Source: Ranitomeya imitator
Taxonomy: Eukaryota
DNA: 64,000 nucleotides
Assembly: GCF_032444005.1 (NCBI RefSeq)
Contig: NC_091283.1
Location: 664,082,001 to 664,146,000 of the forward strand
Reading direction: 5' to 3'
Notes under the pieces: generated by a model
The model's database searches: none
Seen by the model: only the letters and a program-made list of their open reading frames with translations
Told to the model about the DNA's origin: nothing
Shown here: in pieces, positions 34,031-46,284 of the stretch
How the letters are laid out: every line of letters starts with the position of its first letter
How positions within the stretch are numbered: position 1 is the stretch's first letter
Made by a program: the position numbers and the translations under genes

Positions 34031-37000
34031 TGGCAAAATAAAGAATTTTTGATCTTTCACCTGGATATGGATGCTGTCCTTCACTTATTTTTGGGACAAG
34101 ATCTCTAGTCTGTACAGGAACCGGCTGGGTCAACCGCATATTTTAGCTTTTCCTATTTTCCCAAGTGATTTGCTGCACTAGCATAACAATGTATAAGTTT
34201 ATACAAATAATTACTAGAAAGAATCCAATAAGTAGCACTATTAACACCACTTTTATCCCCCCGATAAAACTTTGAACCACATTGTTTGTGTGTATGTTTT
34301 TAATTTGTTTGAAATAAAAATTGTATTTCTAAAGCTTTACTTCACTCCTATTTCTGCTGTATTGTGTATATATAATGGAGTGGCTAAGCTAATATATGTT
34401 TTCCAACATGCTAATCTGGTACTATTTACAGGTTTTCTATGGTGTTCAAATCTAACAACCTTGACATCCATTTCAAAATCTTAAAGGACTTATTCTGAAA
34501 TCGTTAGTACACATTGAGGTACACTTGGGATCAGTGTCATGTTGAAAGGTCTAACGATACCCAACCTTCAACTTCCCCACAGTAAACATTAACAATGTTT
34601 TAATACAATGTAAAACAGTGTGATAAGCCCATTGACGCTGTCCCATTGAAAAGCAATTGTAAGAATCATGAGCCCCCACAGATGTTTGGATAAATTGCTA
34701 TTCATCCTTAATCCCTCTGCCATTCTCAATCCCTCTGCCAGTCTCCATCATGTGAGAGTACAAAGCAAGAATGACTTTTGTACTTAAATAATAGTGGATA
34801 GTGATTTTCCATCAAGTCTGAAATTCCTTCATAATTTTGCATAAGGAATTACAAGTCACAAGCCACAGCAGTAACTGTGGTAAACTTGGATATATGGGAG
34901 TTGAGTTCCAACCCACCAAACATTCCTTATACTTATCATCATCCCTGACTCGGCTGACAGAGCCACCAACACAGCTACATGTTTCATTCATGGCCTTCAT
35001 CTCTTTTGGCCAAATCTCCAACTGCAAAAAATGGGTTTCAGCTCATCCAATACATCAACTACAAGAAACACACGTCGGGGCATTCACACCCGGTTCAGGA
35101 CTCCACAACTCCTGCCTCGGTAAGCAATCCATTCCCCTTGCTATTTATATTTTTTGACACGTCTTAGACAGTGATCATGGGGTGAATAGGTTTGCTGCCT
35201 ATGTGTGATTTTGATACTCCACTTGCACCTTACTTAAATGCATCTTTTTGCACAAAGTGGCCAGGTACAAATAGTGGAGCTCCGTTTCCTTTATGGTGTT
35301 TTTTCCTGCATCTATTTTTGTGACTTATTGTTATTATGTAGTATTACATTTGTGTGGAGTTGCCAATAAATTTTCTATTTTTATTATACCTGATTGCTTT
35401 GGTCTATTGATATATGGGCTAACCGTATAGCCCTATACGTGACATTCATAAGATGTCATTGAGGTTTTTGTGCTTACAAGAAGATGTTGTTGTAAAATAT
35501 CTACCTTTGACACCATAGTGGGACTCAGGGCCAGAACAGAGAGAGGTGTCATTGATGGAATTGAAAGTCCACAATATAAAACATTAATTGATATGTTGGT
35601 AGAGGAGTGACTGTGAAGTCCACTGAATAACACTGACAGTGTCATGGTCAGAGGTAACTTCCTGCTTTTATGAGTGCTATGCCATACACACCATAACAAT
35701 AGCAAGGAAAAAATGGGGTTTCAATTCTACTCCACCACAAATACCAATGGATACTCCAGAGAAAGAATTAGGATCCAGGAATGCGGTTTATTTTCTTGTG
35801 GTTTGTCCTGGAATAACTTTGTTATGGTTTGAAACTCATCAACAATAAACCAGGTTTCTTTATCCTGGATGTTTTTTTTCCCTATTATTGTATTGTGGAC
35901 AGCCATGCGGATCTGAGGCATCAACATCAAGAACATTCTATGTTGTGGTTTCACAACCTGACCAGGTGAGCAATTCCCTGTACCCTAATATTCCATTTGA
36001 CGGGCTAAGACATTGCACCATTGTTTTTTCAGCTTCTCCACAATGTATACCATGACGACTTCACTAATATGTTTGCTTGAGGCAAAGAATGCAATTTATG
36101 ACCTGCAATTGGAAGTTCTACTGTTCGGATGGCTGTGTTTTTTTTTCTTTTACAATACCCCATGCATTGCAATTCTTTATTTTACCATACATTATTACAA
36201 CAGTGCAATTAACTTTTATAATTGTTTTCAACAACAATCATTCCTCCCCTCAGAAAGATGGACTGAATAAGAAATGGTAGGCCACAGACTGCTGTATTGG
36301 TGTTGCATGTGCGGATGTCAAATTTAACTACTAAAAACAGGTGTGCAAAAAATAATTCTTTTTTTTGACACGCACACTGTGTAAGCTAGACAGTGGTAAT
36401 TAAATATATAGATTTTCCTTATTTTTTTCACAATCCTTCCCCTTCCCAAAATGGATTGTAATGCAAAAACTCAGTGCACTAACTTGTGATAGGCTGCAAA
36501 TTTTCTCTGATAGACACTGAGTTTCAATTATTTTTGTTGAAATTCAGCAGTACACTTTGTCACTGATCAATCACAGTTACACTGCTACTGCTCTTCTATT
36601 TATCTCTCTCCTATCAATTGAGTCTTTGTATTAATCATTGACTACTAGACTCATCTTCTTTAGTTTTGAAATTGTACAACACATTATTGTTTGCAATATT
36701 TGTCCAAGGTTTTATGGCTTTCTCTCCCTACTGCTGAGCTGTGAGCTCTAACATTGTCTCTCACTATCCAGAATAATCATAGGATGGCTGCTGCATTCCC
36801 TGCCTCAACTTTTATATAGACTATGATTGTCTCTTTTGATCTGCTGCTATACCCTGTGAGGAGATAGCTGCAAGGCATTATGGGGAAGACTGAGCGGCTA
36901 TACCTGAGGGTTTCAGTGTGTGACTCTGTCTGATGCAATATTCAGCATTGTGTAAAACGGAGGCATAATACTTGGACAATTTGCATTAATTAAATCACAA

Positions 37001-37162
37001 ACTGCTGAAAATGATGAATGAAGCCTTCCTCTTTACACTGGTTTGCTATCTAGAACTTAGTGTTCCTTTTTTCATGGACATACAATATTTATTTTTTCAA
37101 CTATAAAAGCTATATAAATAAAATGCAATGCAAAGTGTAATGCTAAACTTGTGCACACTCAC

Positions 37163-37382
37163 CTTCCCACCAATCTGAGTGGACGGGGCCCATATCGATC
37201 CATCAGAATTCCCAATGGAAGTGTTGCTGCGCTCAACAAAAAGGAGCCAATGGTAAAACCTAAATTGAGCATTTCTTCTTGGGCAGTGCATGTTAGCCAG
37301 GGCTTTGGTAATGTGTTGTTAATATTATCAGGCAAGGATCTATTGCCAGACAAAGCTGATGAATTGGATGATGAGTTTGACT
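37163..37382 (-). CDS. slc43a1: SLC43 transporter (LAT3-like), coding exon 2, 220 bp
   Basis: tttttcag|AG TCA AAC...GGA AG|gtgagt; encodes [52 protein letters not shown] and RPxRLVG favour SLC43A1 over SLC43A2 (human sequences recalled, not searched). Confidence 0.93.
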
Positions 37383-38335
37383 CTGAAAAATTGACAGAAT
37401 AACACATAAAAGTAAAAAGTTCATTATAACATGATAAAGGGATTCTCTGGGCATATAAAACTGATAATCAATCCTTGGGTTTGGACAACAATACCGGATC
37501 AGTGGGGTCCAATACTTGGCACCCTACCAGCTAATAGCTCAGATGGCTACCAAATTTAAACTCTTTAAAAAAAATCTACCATATAGTTCCAAACATATTT
37601 GGCCTTTTTATTTAGTACACCCTATGTGCTAATTGTTATGGTCTTTACCAATATGTCATAGTCCATAGGACATAGGATTGTTTGAGGGGGTGTCATTAAG
37701 CTGCTTTACATAATACCCTGCAAGCAAATATAAAACTTCCAAAATGTGGATGCTAGAAACAGTAAATAAATAGGCCCACATCTCTAGGAACTCTATGGAG
37801 GATGTAACAAACATTTGCAGAATAGTCACAACAAATACTCGGAAAACTAGCCATACTAAGAAAAACTAGCCATTTTTGACCTGGTAATACTTCTTTAAAA
37901 GGTTATCCTCAAAATGATAATGTAATCTAGTAGTAATAAACATATGCAGTGTATTTATTATCATATGCTAATACAACTCATGCTTAAATCTGCCACATTT
38001 TGCAACTATCATCCCCCAAGCAATTCCTCCAGGCTCTTTGTACTCTCTTGCCATTGGATCTGTCATACAGTAGTTTCAAATGTAAAGGTCGCGCATGTGC
38101 AGCTAGCTGATTTCCTCTGTTTCAGCCAAATGCCGCATGCCCACTCAGTTCAGCTGTCAGTTATTTCCCTGCTCTGGGCTCCTCTGTGCTTCTACTATTT
38201 ATATTCATTGTATACTCAAGCTAATCACTAAATAGATTATGTTCTATGTTTATAAACACAAACACACTATGGCACACTACACTATCACTACCTCTTATTA
38301 CTATTTTTTGATCTTCAGCTGAACTCAGACAAAAG

Positions 38336-39319
38336 TGTGGCACCCCAAGAGTTCGGGTACCACAGTAGTGCTGCCTTCCTCTTGGGGAGGGTAGTGCTAT
38401 GCCTGGAGACAAGTGAGATTCCCTTTGGCAGGTTATCACACACACAACACCTTCCAAATCCAGGCCAGGAGGGGGAGCTCAAAACCCTGTTTAGGGCAGC
38501 TTCCCTGGATAAAGATCCTGGTTTGGAGGAGGAGCTAGTTTAGTCTGGAGCAAACAGTGAAGGGAAAGGAGAGATTGAGAGCTCAGGGAGACTACAGTAA
38601 AGCCTCTTAGGAGCCACAGCGTGGAAACCGGGTTCCGGGAGCCCAAGGCTGTGGGGAGCTTTAAGCCCCATAGCAGAACCGGAGAGCATAGGACTGCATG
38701 TAAATTACCCACACAACACCTGAGGCACAGCAGCAATTTAGAGCCTGGAGTCACCGTGTAAGAGACCCCAAGAGTACAGCTCAAGCTGCCTGCCGTGCAG
38801 GTTCTGTCCCAGGACAGGAGAGAGAAAGGAGTACTTGGCCAGCAAACTACAGGTAGCAAGGTACCAGAAATCCAGCGCAAAGTGGAAGGCTCCCAACCTG
38901 ACCTGCCAAGTGGATTTCGCTTGTTTCTGGGCTGCCTGTACTCCTTCTGTACCTGTTGCTGGTACCCTGGGCTGTAGATTACCACCTTTAGTAAACCAGG
39001 TAAAGACTTTACCACACTGTGCCCTCTACTTTTTCAACGGCTTATAATATCTGGCCCATATACCTTGGGAGCCCTGGGGACCCCACTTCACATGTGGGAA
39101 GTGTCATCATCACGGCTGCATCAACATCCCAAAGAGGACCCCTTGAAAGCAGCATCGGTCACCCTGAGTGAAAACTACAGGTGGCGTCACAAATAGACTA
39201 CATCATACCAAAACCCCTTTAATTGAGTCCCAGGGCCACTGACTGGGTTGCAGCCACCGTGACATCCCCTTTAAGAACGGACCCGGTACCGAGTACCCCG
39301 CTGCCCTGGTGGGCGAATG
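38336..39319 (+). mobile_element. Solo LTR of gypsy-like family C, degenerate
   Basis: Starts TGTGGCACCCC and ends GTACCCCGCTGCCCTGGTGGGCG...; possible TSD AAAAG; related to 5251-6272. Confidence 0.7.
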
Positions 39320-39451
39320 AAAAGCATTTGCGGTTTTACCACATTACCTTTCATACTCTGTTATGGAGGGACAGCAGAGAGGAGCCAACTGAGTTGTGCT
39401 TGATGCAAGATAACAGATTATGTATAAAAACCTCAAATTCTGTTTTTTTTT

Positions 39452-39750
39452 CAGATGCATATAGCAAGAGATAAAATCATCTATTTTATCTTCCACTATA
39501 GGCATCTATACAGCAGAATTTGTGGCTTTACTGCATTTATTAGCTTCTGACATCAACCGTAGATTGGTTGTGACGTGCTTAACTCTGCTGTACCTACTCA
39601 AGGAATATTTAAAACTCTCTTGTGAATGCGCAAGTGAGCTGTGATTGATGCCAGCTAGCAAATAAATACAGCAAAACTGCAAATATCACTGTATAGATGC
39701 ATATAGGAGAAGATCAAATAGGTGACGTTATCTTCTGCTATACACATCTA
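39452..39750. mobile_element. Degenerate MITE with about 60-bp inverted ends
   Basis: GATGCATATAGCAAGAGATAA...CATCTATACAG mirrored by CTGTATAGATG...TTATCTTCTGCTATACACATC. Confidence 0.55.
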
Positions 39751-41706
39751 AAGAGTGGCATTTGTGGTTTTCCTGCAAGTTTCTTGCATCAGGCGTAGGT
39801 TGGCTGTTCAACTTTGAACAAAAAATGTGCAACATTTCAAGGTGTTTTATATCACCTTGATGAAGCAGGGCTATAATGTTAACTCTTCATATATATTCAA
39901 TATAACTCTTCATATTTATACATTACTCTGTGCTCAGCACTGCATAAGGTTTTCTGTGTGAAAAGAAAAAAACAGCATTGAGACAAACTCTCCAAAAGAG
40001 CCATTCAGTATAATGAGGCAAGCTTTCGATTTATTATGGCCTCCATTCTAGCGATGATTGTCTTTTTAAGGTGGACACAAAAGTGTAGTAGATAACGGCA
40101 GAATTAGCTGAATATCCATGGGGGGCTTTGCTGGAAGCAGGCTGATAAATCAATGTGTAAAACCAAATCAGCTTCCAGAATAGTTCAACTGTTTTCCACT
40201 AAGTTCTGCTGGGCCGTCACCACAAGCTTTATCATACACAAAATGATCGTTCTTCTGTTTATTGCCTCTTTATAATAATCATATTTAACATAATATAATT
40301 AATGAAAGTATACACTATTCTGGTTCATTTTAAAGACTACATTAGTGCACGCAATAGCAAGCAGCTCTGCTACCTGGCCATGAGTTATATATTGTTAGTG
40401 TGGGAATAACCCTTTAAGAGACACTGAAGAGAGACTTGCTTGCACCTCTCATCAATATTACTACAGAAGAACCAATGTTTTTTCTTGTGGTCAAAATAAA
40501 GTCAAGAGAAATAAAGTTTTTTTTTGTACTTTTCAACATCTTTTTAACAATAAAATACTCATTTAGTCTACCTACTAAAGGACCTACTTTATTATCCATC
40601 TGGACTTTCCCAACCAGTAGTCTCCAAAGTTCAGTATTTATTTTCAAACTTCATGTTATTTGCCTGGATTCCCAGACATCACAAGTGCTCCTTTGTGGCT
40701 GCTATGGCTACTTCTTCGTGCACTGTCACCTATAGCATTCGCTGACCCCGAGTATTGTGCCTGCTCACAGTACAACCTCTTAGGTGGTGGCTCTATGGTG
40801 GCATGGTACTAGCTGGGGATTATGAACCCATCCTGAAATTATCGCGTTAGGAGGGGCTGTGATTCACTTTTTTCTTTCTCAAGCGCATTTTTCTCCTGTG
40901 GTCAACCAGGATGCTATTAACTATGATTTACTTCAGTATAACGTGAAATAAGTAATAGAGAATTTAAAGCTTGTGTTTTTCTGGATAATTTACCATGGAT
41001 TAAAGCGTAACTAAAGAATGAAACATTTTTTAAAACATTGTGGCCCCTGGTAAGTTTTGTTGATCAGTGAAGTCTTGAGTACGGACACCCCCACTAAACG
41101 CTCGAATTATGGGCTCGTGCAGAAGGCCTTAGATTATCTCTCAGAGAATCAAGCCGATTATGCAAATCACACTCTGATCGAACTCTGATCCAAGTTTGAT
41201 CTGAGTGTCACCATAGTATGATCAGATTCTCTCAAATCTAATGTGAGGAGAAGATGGAGAACAAAATTTCTCCATCTTCTCCATTGTGTCAGTGTGTGGA
41301 AATTGATGTCATCTGAGTGCAGTCCGATGATTTCCGCACACTCACTGACTAGCATGGCTGAGTGTGATCCAAATATAGGACCAAACTCCGACTTGTAGTG
41401 ATTTTTTCCTGGAACAGAGTCAGTCCGAGATAAAGATCAGACATGTGCACAGCCCATAGAATAGCATTGGTCTGGGTGCGATCCGATGTTTTGTCAGACA
41501 GCACTTGCATAGGTAATATGGACGTCTGCACCGGCGCTAACTGGAAGAATCACTTCTATGTCTTGGCTTGAGGGGGGAATCAACAGTACATAAGGGGGTT
41601 ATAACACATCAACATTATTTTACAGTTAGTTACTCTTTACATTTGATTTCATTGTTTTTTTTGTTTGTTACAGATTTACTGGAAAGCCAATATCCAACTT
41701 TCACAC

Positions 41707-41860
41707 CTGTGCATAAATGTGAATAAAATCCTTCTTGTTGCAACATAATGAGCAGGGAGCCCCATCCAAAAAGAACAGCTGAGAAAAAGAGGTTTTCCAA
41801 TACAGCAGAGCAAGCAATCCACCATCGGCGGGCATAGGCAGTCTGCAGGGAGGGTGCCAT
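41707..41860 (-). CDS. slc43a1: SLC43 transporter (LAT3-like), coding exon 1, 154 coding bp
   Basis: [51 protein letters not shown], then G|gtgtga. Good Kozak context (gatATGG). An upstream acceptor ttccttttttccag at 41915 implies a non-coding first exon. Confidence 0.94.
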
Positions 41861-42574
41861 ATCTGCAGCGCAGCCGCAAAAGGTAAACTAGAAGAAAGGA
41901 AGCACAGATGGAATCTGGAAAAAAGGAAATAAATGTTAATATTTTACTACATAGTTTTATTGTGTAAAACATTGCAAAAACTCTCCAAATGAGCCATTAT
42001 CCTAAGTAACAAGAATTTGTGCCTCTACAAGAGTAAATTAGAAATTAAAATCACAAAAAATGTTGGACACGGCAGCAACATTGAATCCTTCTAAAATACA
42101 TACACCAAGAAGCCCTACTACACAAGGGAGAAAGCTCAATGGCAGATTCTGGTGTACTCTTCATTCATTTTCCTCCAAGCAGATGTATCTGTACTAAACT
42201 CATGCAGCAATAGGACTTGTCATCCACAGAGCGTATAGTATTCCCCTGCTATAAATCAGGGTACGTTGTCCATTATTTCCTTTATTTCATATACTAACAA
42301 GACAAACTTTAAAAAAGAGCTTGTACCATTAAAAATCAAGTGGCACGGTGATCATCCAGTCCAACCCTGGGGTTCACTAACCTTGGCTCCTTCACGGGCA
42401 TGACTAGCATCCTTATTAAATCAAGTTTATAGCCACACTAATACATAAAACACCTACAAATTCCTTAAAGGGGCTTTCCTGGCACAGTAATCCCCTAACT
42501 TCACCTGCACTTTAGGGCTTTACTCAACCTCCCCCTTCCGATGACAAGTCTCCGCCACATCTCCCAGTGTCTTA

Positions 42575-42923
42575 GGCTACTTTCACACTAGCGTTGGTAC
42601 GGGGCCGTCGCCATGCATCGGCCCGACGTACCGACGCAAACTACGAAAAAAAAGAACGTGGGCAGCGGATGCAGTTTTACAACGCAAATGGCAGACTCGA
42701 CGCACCAAAAAAGTTACATGGAACTTTTTTTGTGCCGACGGTCCGCCAAAACACGACGCATCCGTCGCACGACGGATGAAACGTGTGGCCATACGTCGCA
42801 ATGCGTCGCTAATGAAAGTCTATGGAAAAAAAATGCATCCTGCGGGCAACTTTGCAGGATGCGTTTTTACTGCAAAATGACGCATTGCGACGTACGTCAA
42901 AAAACGCTAGTGTGAAAGTAGCC
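42575..42923. mobile_element. PIF/Harbinger-type MITE
   Basis: TTA|GGCTACTTTCACACTAGCGTT ... AACGCTAGTGTGAAAGTAGCC|TAA. Confidence 0.88.
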
Positions 42924-43439
42924 TAATTGTCTGCAGTGCTGATTTCACGTTGACAGTGCTGCCGCTAATAACTGAGCTCAGCAGTTCAGCCTGATCTGAC
43001 AGGGGCAGAGACTTGGTGCTGGGACAGGGTAGGATGAGTAAAGCACAGCTTTACGGAATTATTAAGTTGTATTTTTTTTTTTCATTTCATTTTATAACAC
43101 CAGAAGTTTTTATCCTATTCTAGTAATAAAAGTTACGTTTTATATTCTTATATTTCTACATATAGACACACGTATTTATCTATATTTATTTATCTTTACT
43201 CAGTTTAACCCATGAAAGCCTTTCACTATTTGAGGTGAGTGCGGCTTTATATTACTCTAATGCAGCTCATTATCCAGAATGAAAATACTACATCCATACA
43301 TCAAAATCCATTGATCAACTCTATTCTGGCTAACTGATGGCTTAGTTGGACACACAGACCAGCCCAGGCTTAATTAATCATCTATTAGGATAGACACCTG
43401 TAGGGCTCAGGGTGCTGGTATATAGATGGACAAATGCGC

Positions 43440-44060
43440 ATAGCTTACAACATATCCCTGACGAAAAGGGGAGAAACCCTTTGAAAGGCATAGGATTGAG
43501 CCTATCGCGCACCCGTCCTGATTCTACGTGACGTCACAGAAGCTTTTTTCCATGCTGCAACCCGTAGCGCTGCTTCCGGCCAGAGCACGCAAGAAGTCGG
43601 CGCGTCCTCAGACCGCACTGTCACTGCTAGCCAGCACCACCATGCTTAGCAGCAGCACCCAGCAAGGAATTAGGCTCTACGAGTAAGTTCACTCTTATTG
43701 CAATTCTATCTCTAGCATTTAACTCTATGAGAGTATTTCTCTAATCACCGCCATCATATATCATTTATTTAGTGCTTGCTATCAGCGTTTCTACTAGTTG
43801 GGCTGTCATCACCTACAATTATTATACGCTGCCTCTGCCCGTACCTTATATCGCAGTAAGGTCTTATGGGCTCATACTAATCTTACACATATAAGCACAG
43901 GTTTTTCAAGCACTCAACTGCACGAGCGATTTCCTCTAATTACCCCTCTCATTTACCTAGTGCTTTCCATCAGTAGCTCACTGGTTGGACTGCCTTAACC
44001 TTCAAGTGTCAATTGCTGCCTCTGCCTATACCGCAGTAAGTCTCAAATAATCAGAGGCTA
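43440..44060 (+). mobile_element. Probable Penelope-like element pseudo-LTR remnant
   Basis: Hammerhead motif, then a GC-rich segment with TGACGTCA and GCTTCCGG, then donor-like GTAAG sites. No ORF; boundaries uncertain. Confidence 0.5.
43454..43496 (+). ncRNA. Minimal type I hammerhead ribozyme motif, stem III decayed
   Basis: ATCC-CTGACGA-AAAGGG-gagaaa-CCCTTT-GAAA-GGCA-TA-GGAT: intact core, 6-bp stem II, 4-bp stem I. Confidence 0.7.
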
Positions 44061-44101
44061 GTATTTAGGTATAGGGAACACATCCATTAATCATACAACA
44101 T

Positions 44102-44538
44102 ATGTCTCTGAGCTTCTTGGCCAGTTCCTTTGACCTCATGATTCTCATTTGGTCTGTCATGCACTGTGAGATGCGAGGTCTTATATAGACAGGTGTGTGC
44201 CTTTCCAAATCAAGTTCTATCAGTTTAATTAAACACAGCTGGAAGCCAAAGAAGGAGTAGAACCATCTCAAGGAGGATCACAAAGAAATGGACAGCACGT
44301 GACTTAAATATGAGTGTCTGAGCAATGGGTCTGAATACTTATGGCCATGTGATAGTTCAGTTTTTCTTTTTTATTACATTTGCAAAAACTTCTACATTTC
44401 TGTTTCTTTTTTAGTCACGATGGGGTGCAGAGTGTACATTAATGTGAAAAAAAAGAACTTTTTTGAATTTACCAAATGGCTGCAATGAAACGAAGAGTGA
44501 AAAATTTAAAAGGCTCTGAATACTTTCCAGACCCACTG
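44102..44538 (-). mobile_element. Tc1-like 5' end with start of transposase
   Basis: Minus strand TA|CAGTGGGTCTGGAAAGTATTCAGA ... ATGAGGTCAAAGGAACTGGCCAAGAAGCTCAGAGAC (MRSKELAKKLRD). Confidence 0.82.
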
Positions 44539-44578
44539 TATATTTGTATTGTACTGCAGTGGTATCCACGCTATGCAG

Positions 44579-45177
44579 TGATGAGGCAGTGACCCAGGAA
44601 AGTTCAAAGCAAAATGTCTCTTTAATGTTCAATTCACAAAACACAGCACACTATATCCTCCGGATCGCAGCCAGGAACCATATCCTCTGGATTGCAGCCA
44701 ATAAACATGCCAGTCCACCTCTGCACCGCTGTGTACGCTGTGGGTGCCAGGCCTTTCAGCTCCCTTGGCTTTTTGGCTCCACTTGCCTGTGTTGCCTCAC
44801 ACAGGTGGAGCTCTGTAGAGACTTCTGCTCTGCACTCCTGCAAACACCCACTGACACTTAACCTGACACACCCAAACCCTTTACTGCAGGGTTTTTAACT
44901 TGAATCTGTGGCCATGTGCCACATGGAAAACCCAGGCCAGGAAAGAAATGGATTGCCCCAGTACCATCCCCATTTAAAAAATAAAAGCCCAGCAGGTTTT
45001 CTTAAATCTGCCCTGGACAAATAGCTTATCCAAGACCTATCCTCACTTTTATTCTGCATTGCAATCACAGCTATGCCTGTGACTGCAATGCACTGCCATG
45101 GCCTCAATACACTTCCGTGCACCTCCTGGGGGGAACACACAGCGACCCTCACATGTGAAACCGGTCACTGCCTCACA
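44579..45177. mobile_element. Solo-LTR-like repeat
   Basis: TGATGAGGCAGTGACC ... GGTCACTGCCTCACA inverted termini; no TSD found. Confidence 0.5.
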
Positions 45178-45986
45178 GTATATATCCTAGTTTAGACTAA
45201 AAAAAAAAGCATATAGGACTTGACAGCGAAAAAAAAAAAAACAGACAATATTAATCAGAGTACCACTCAGCTCTGCTGCATTCTTCTCTATTCTGGTAGA
45301 ATAAACCAAATAATGCTGTTATAGTCAAAGATCCTTCTCATGTCATTTGCATATGTTATATAATGGAAATTTCATCTAAATCAACTTGGTTTCTCTGTTA
45401 CTTGAATGAAACACAAGAAAACAGGATTCAAAAATGCTGGTGTGAATAGAGCCTTACTTGTGTTTAGTGGGATTCGGTTGCTGTCTCTTTTTAACTCCTG
45501 CCCGACATTGGATGTTCCTATTTGGTACAGCAGGAGCAAAAATGGATGTAACAGTACGACATGATGATCATAAGGGCATAGGAACTATTCCCAATGTGAT
45601 CACCGTTTCAGCTCAGCTTAACTGACAACCAGGCTCCTGCAGCAACAGACAGGGTCAGTGCCAGCATTGACCTTGGCTGTTTAACCCTCTAGATGCTATG
45701 GTTAATAGTGATCTCTGCATCTAGATGATTGTGAGAGGGACCCCATGATTGTTGTGTGCTGAGCTTTTATTGTCACCTAGTGGTCAACCATTGATCTCTG
45801 TATGGTAATCTGTTAGGCCCTGCTGTAAGCAGGGTCCAACATTCCTCCAGTCAGTGTAAAACACGTCTATTAGACCAGGAAACAGATTATTCAGTGTTCA
45901 AATCACATACTGGGACTAAGTAAAGAGGTTAAATAAAAAAATTGAAAAAAAAAAACCAGAAAAAAATTAACAAGGGCCTAAATCGA

Positions 45987-46284
45987 GGATATACGAAAAG
46001 AGAAACAAGAACCTATAAAAATTAAATTTGTAATTAAGGTAATTAAAAAACCAACATACAATATACTATTATGGCGAGTAGGGTAATTCAGGTCAGATGT
46101 TTATACTAATTCAATAATCAGGAAAAATCTAAGGGAGACAGACACTTTTCCTGATTATTGAATTAGTATAAATATCTGACCCAGATTACCCTACTCGCCA
46201 TAATAGGATATTGAATGTTAGTTTTTTACTGACCATGATTAAAAGTAAAATTTTATGAGTTCTTGTTTCTCTTTTGGTATATCC
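45987..46284. repeat. AT-rich inverted repeat, about 140-bp arms and 19-nt spacer
   Basis: Core TTATGGCGAGTAGGGTAAT...TCAGGAAAA mirrored by TTTTCCTGA...ATTACCCTACTCGCCATAA. Confidence 0.85.

Noticed and set aside
34960-35100. Hammerhead-like fragments (minus-strand GATGAAGGCC...GAAACATGT; plus-strand GAAACACACGTCGGGG)
   Set aside because: No complete core or stem II on either strand. If the minus-strand one is real, it would weaken the antisense-bias idea.
35433-36000. GVIDG-like motif suggesting a Harbinger transposase remnant
   Set aside because: A single short motif with no supporting frame.
41630-41706. ORF-track extension of the slc43a1 first coding exon ([10 protein letters not shown]...)
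   Set aside because: Intron read-through past the GT donor at 41706; SLC43 similarity stops there.
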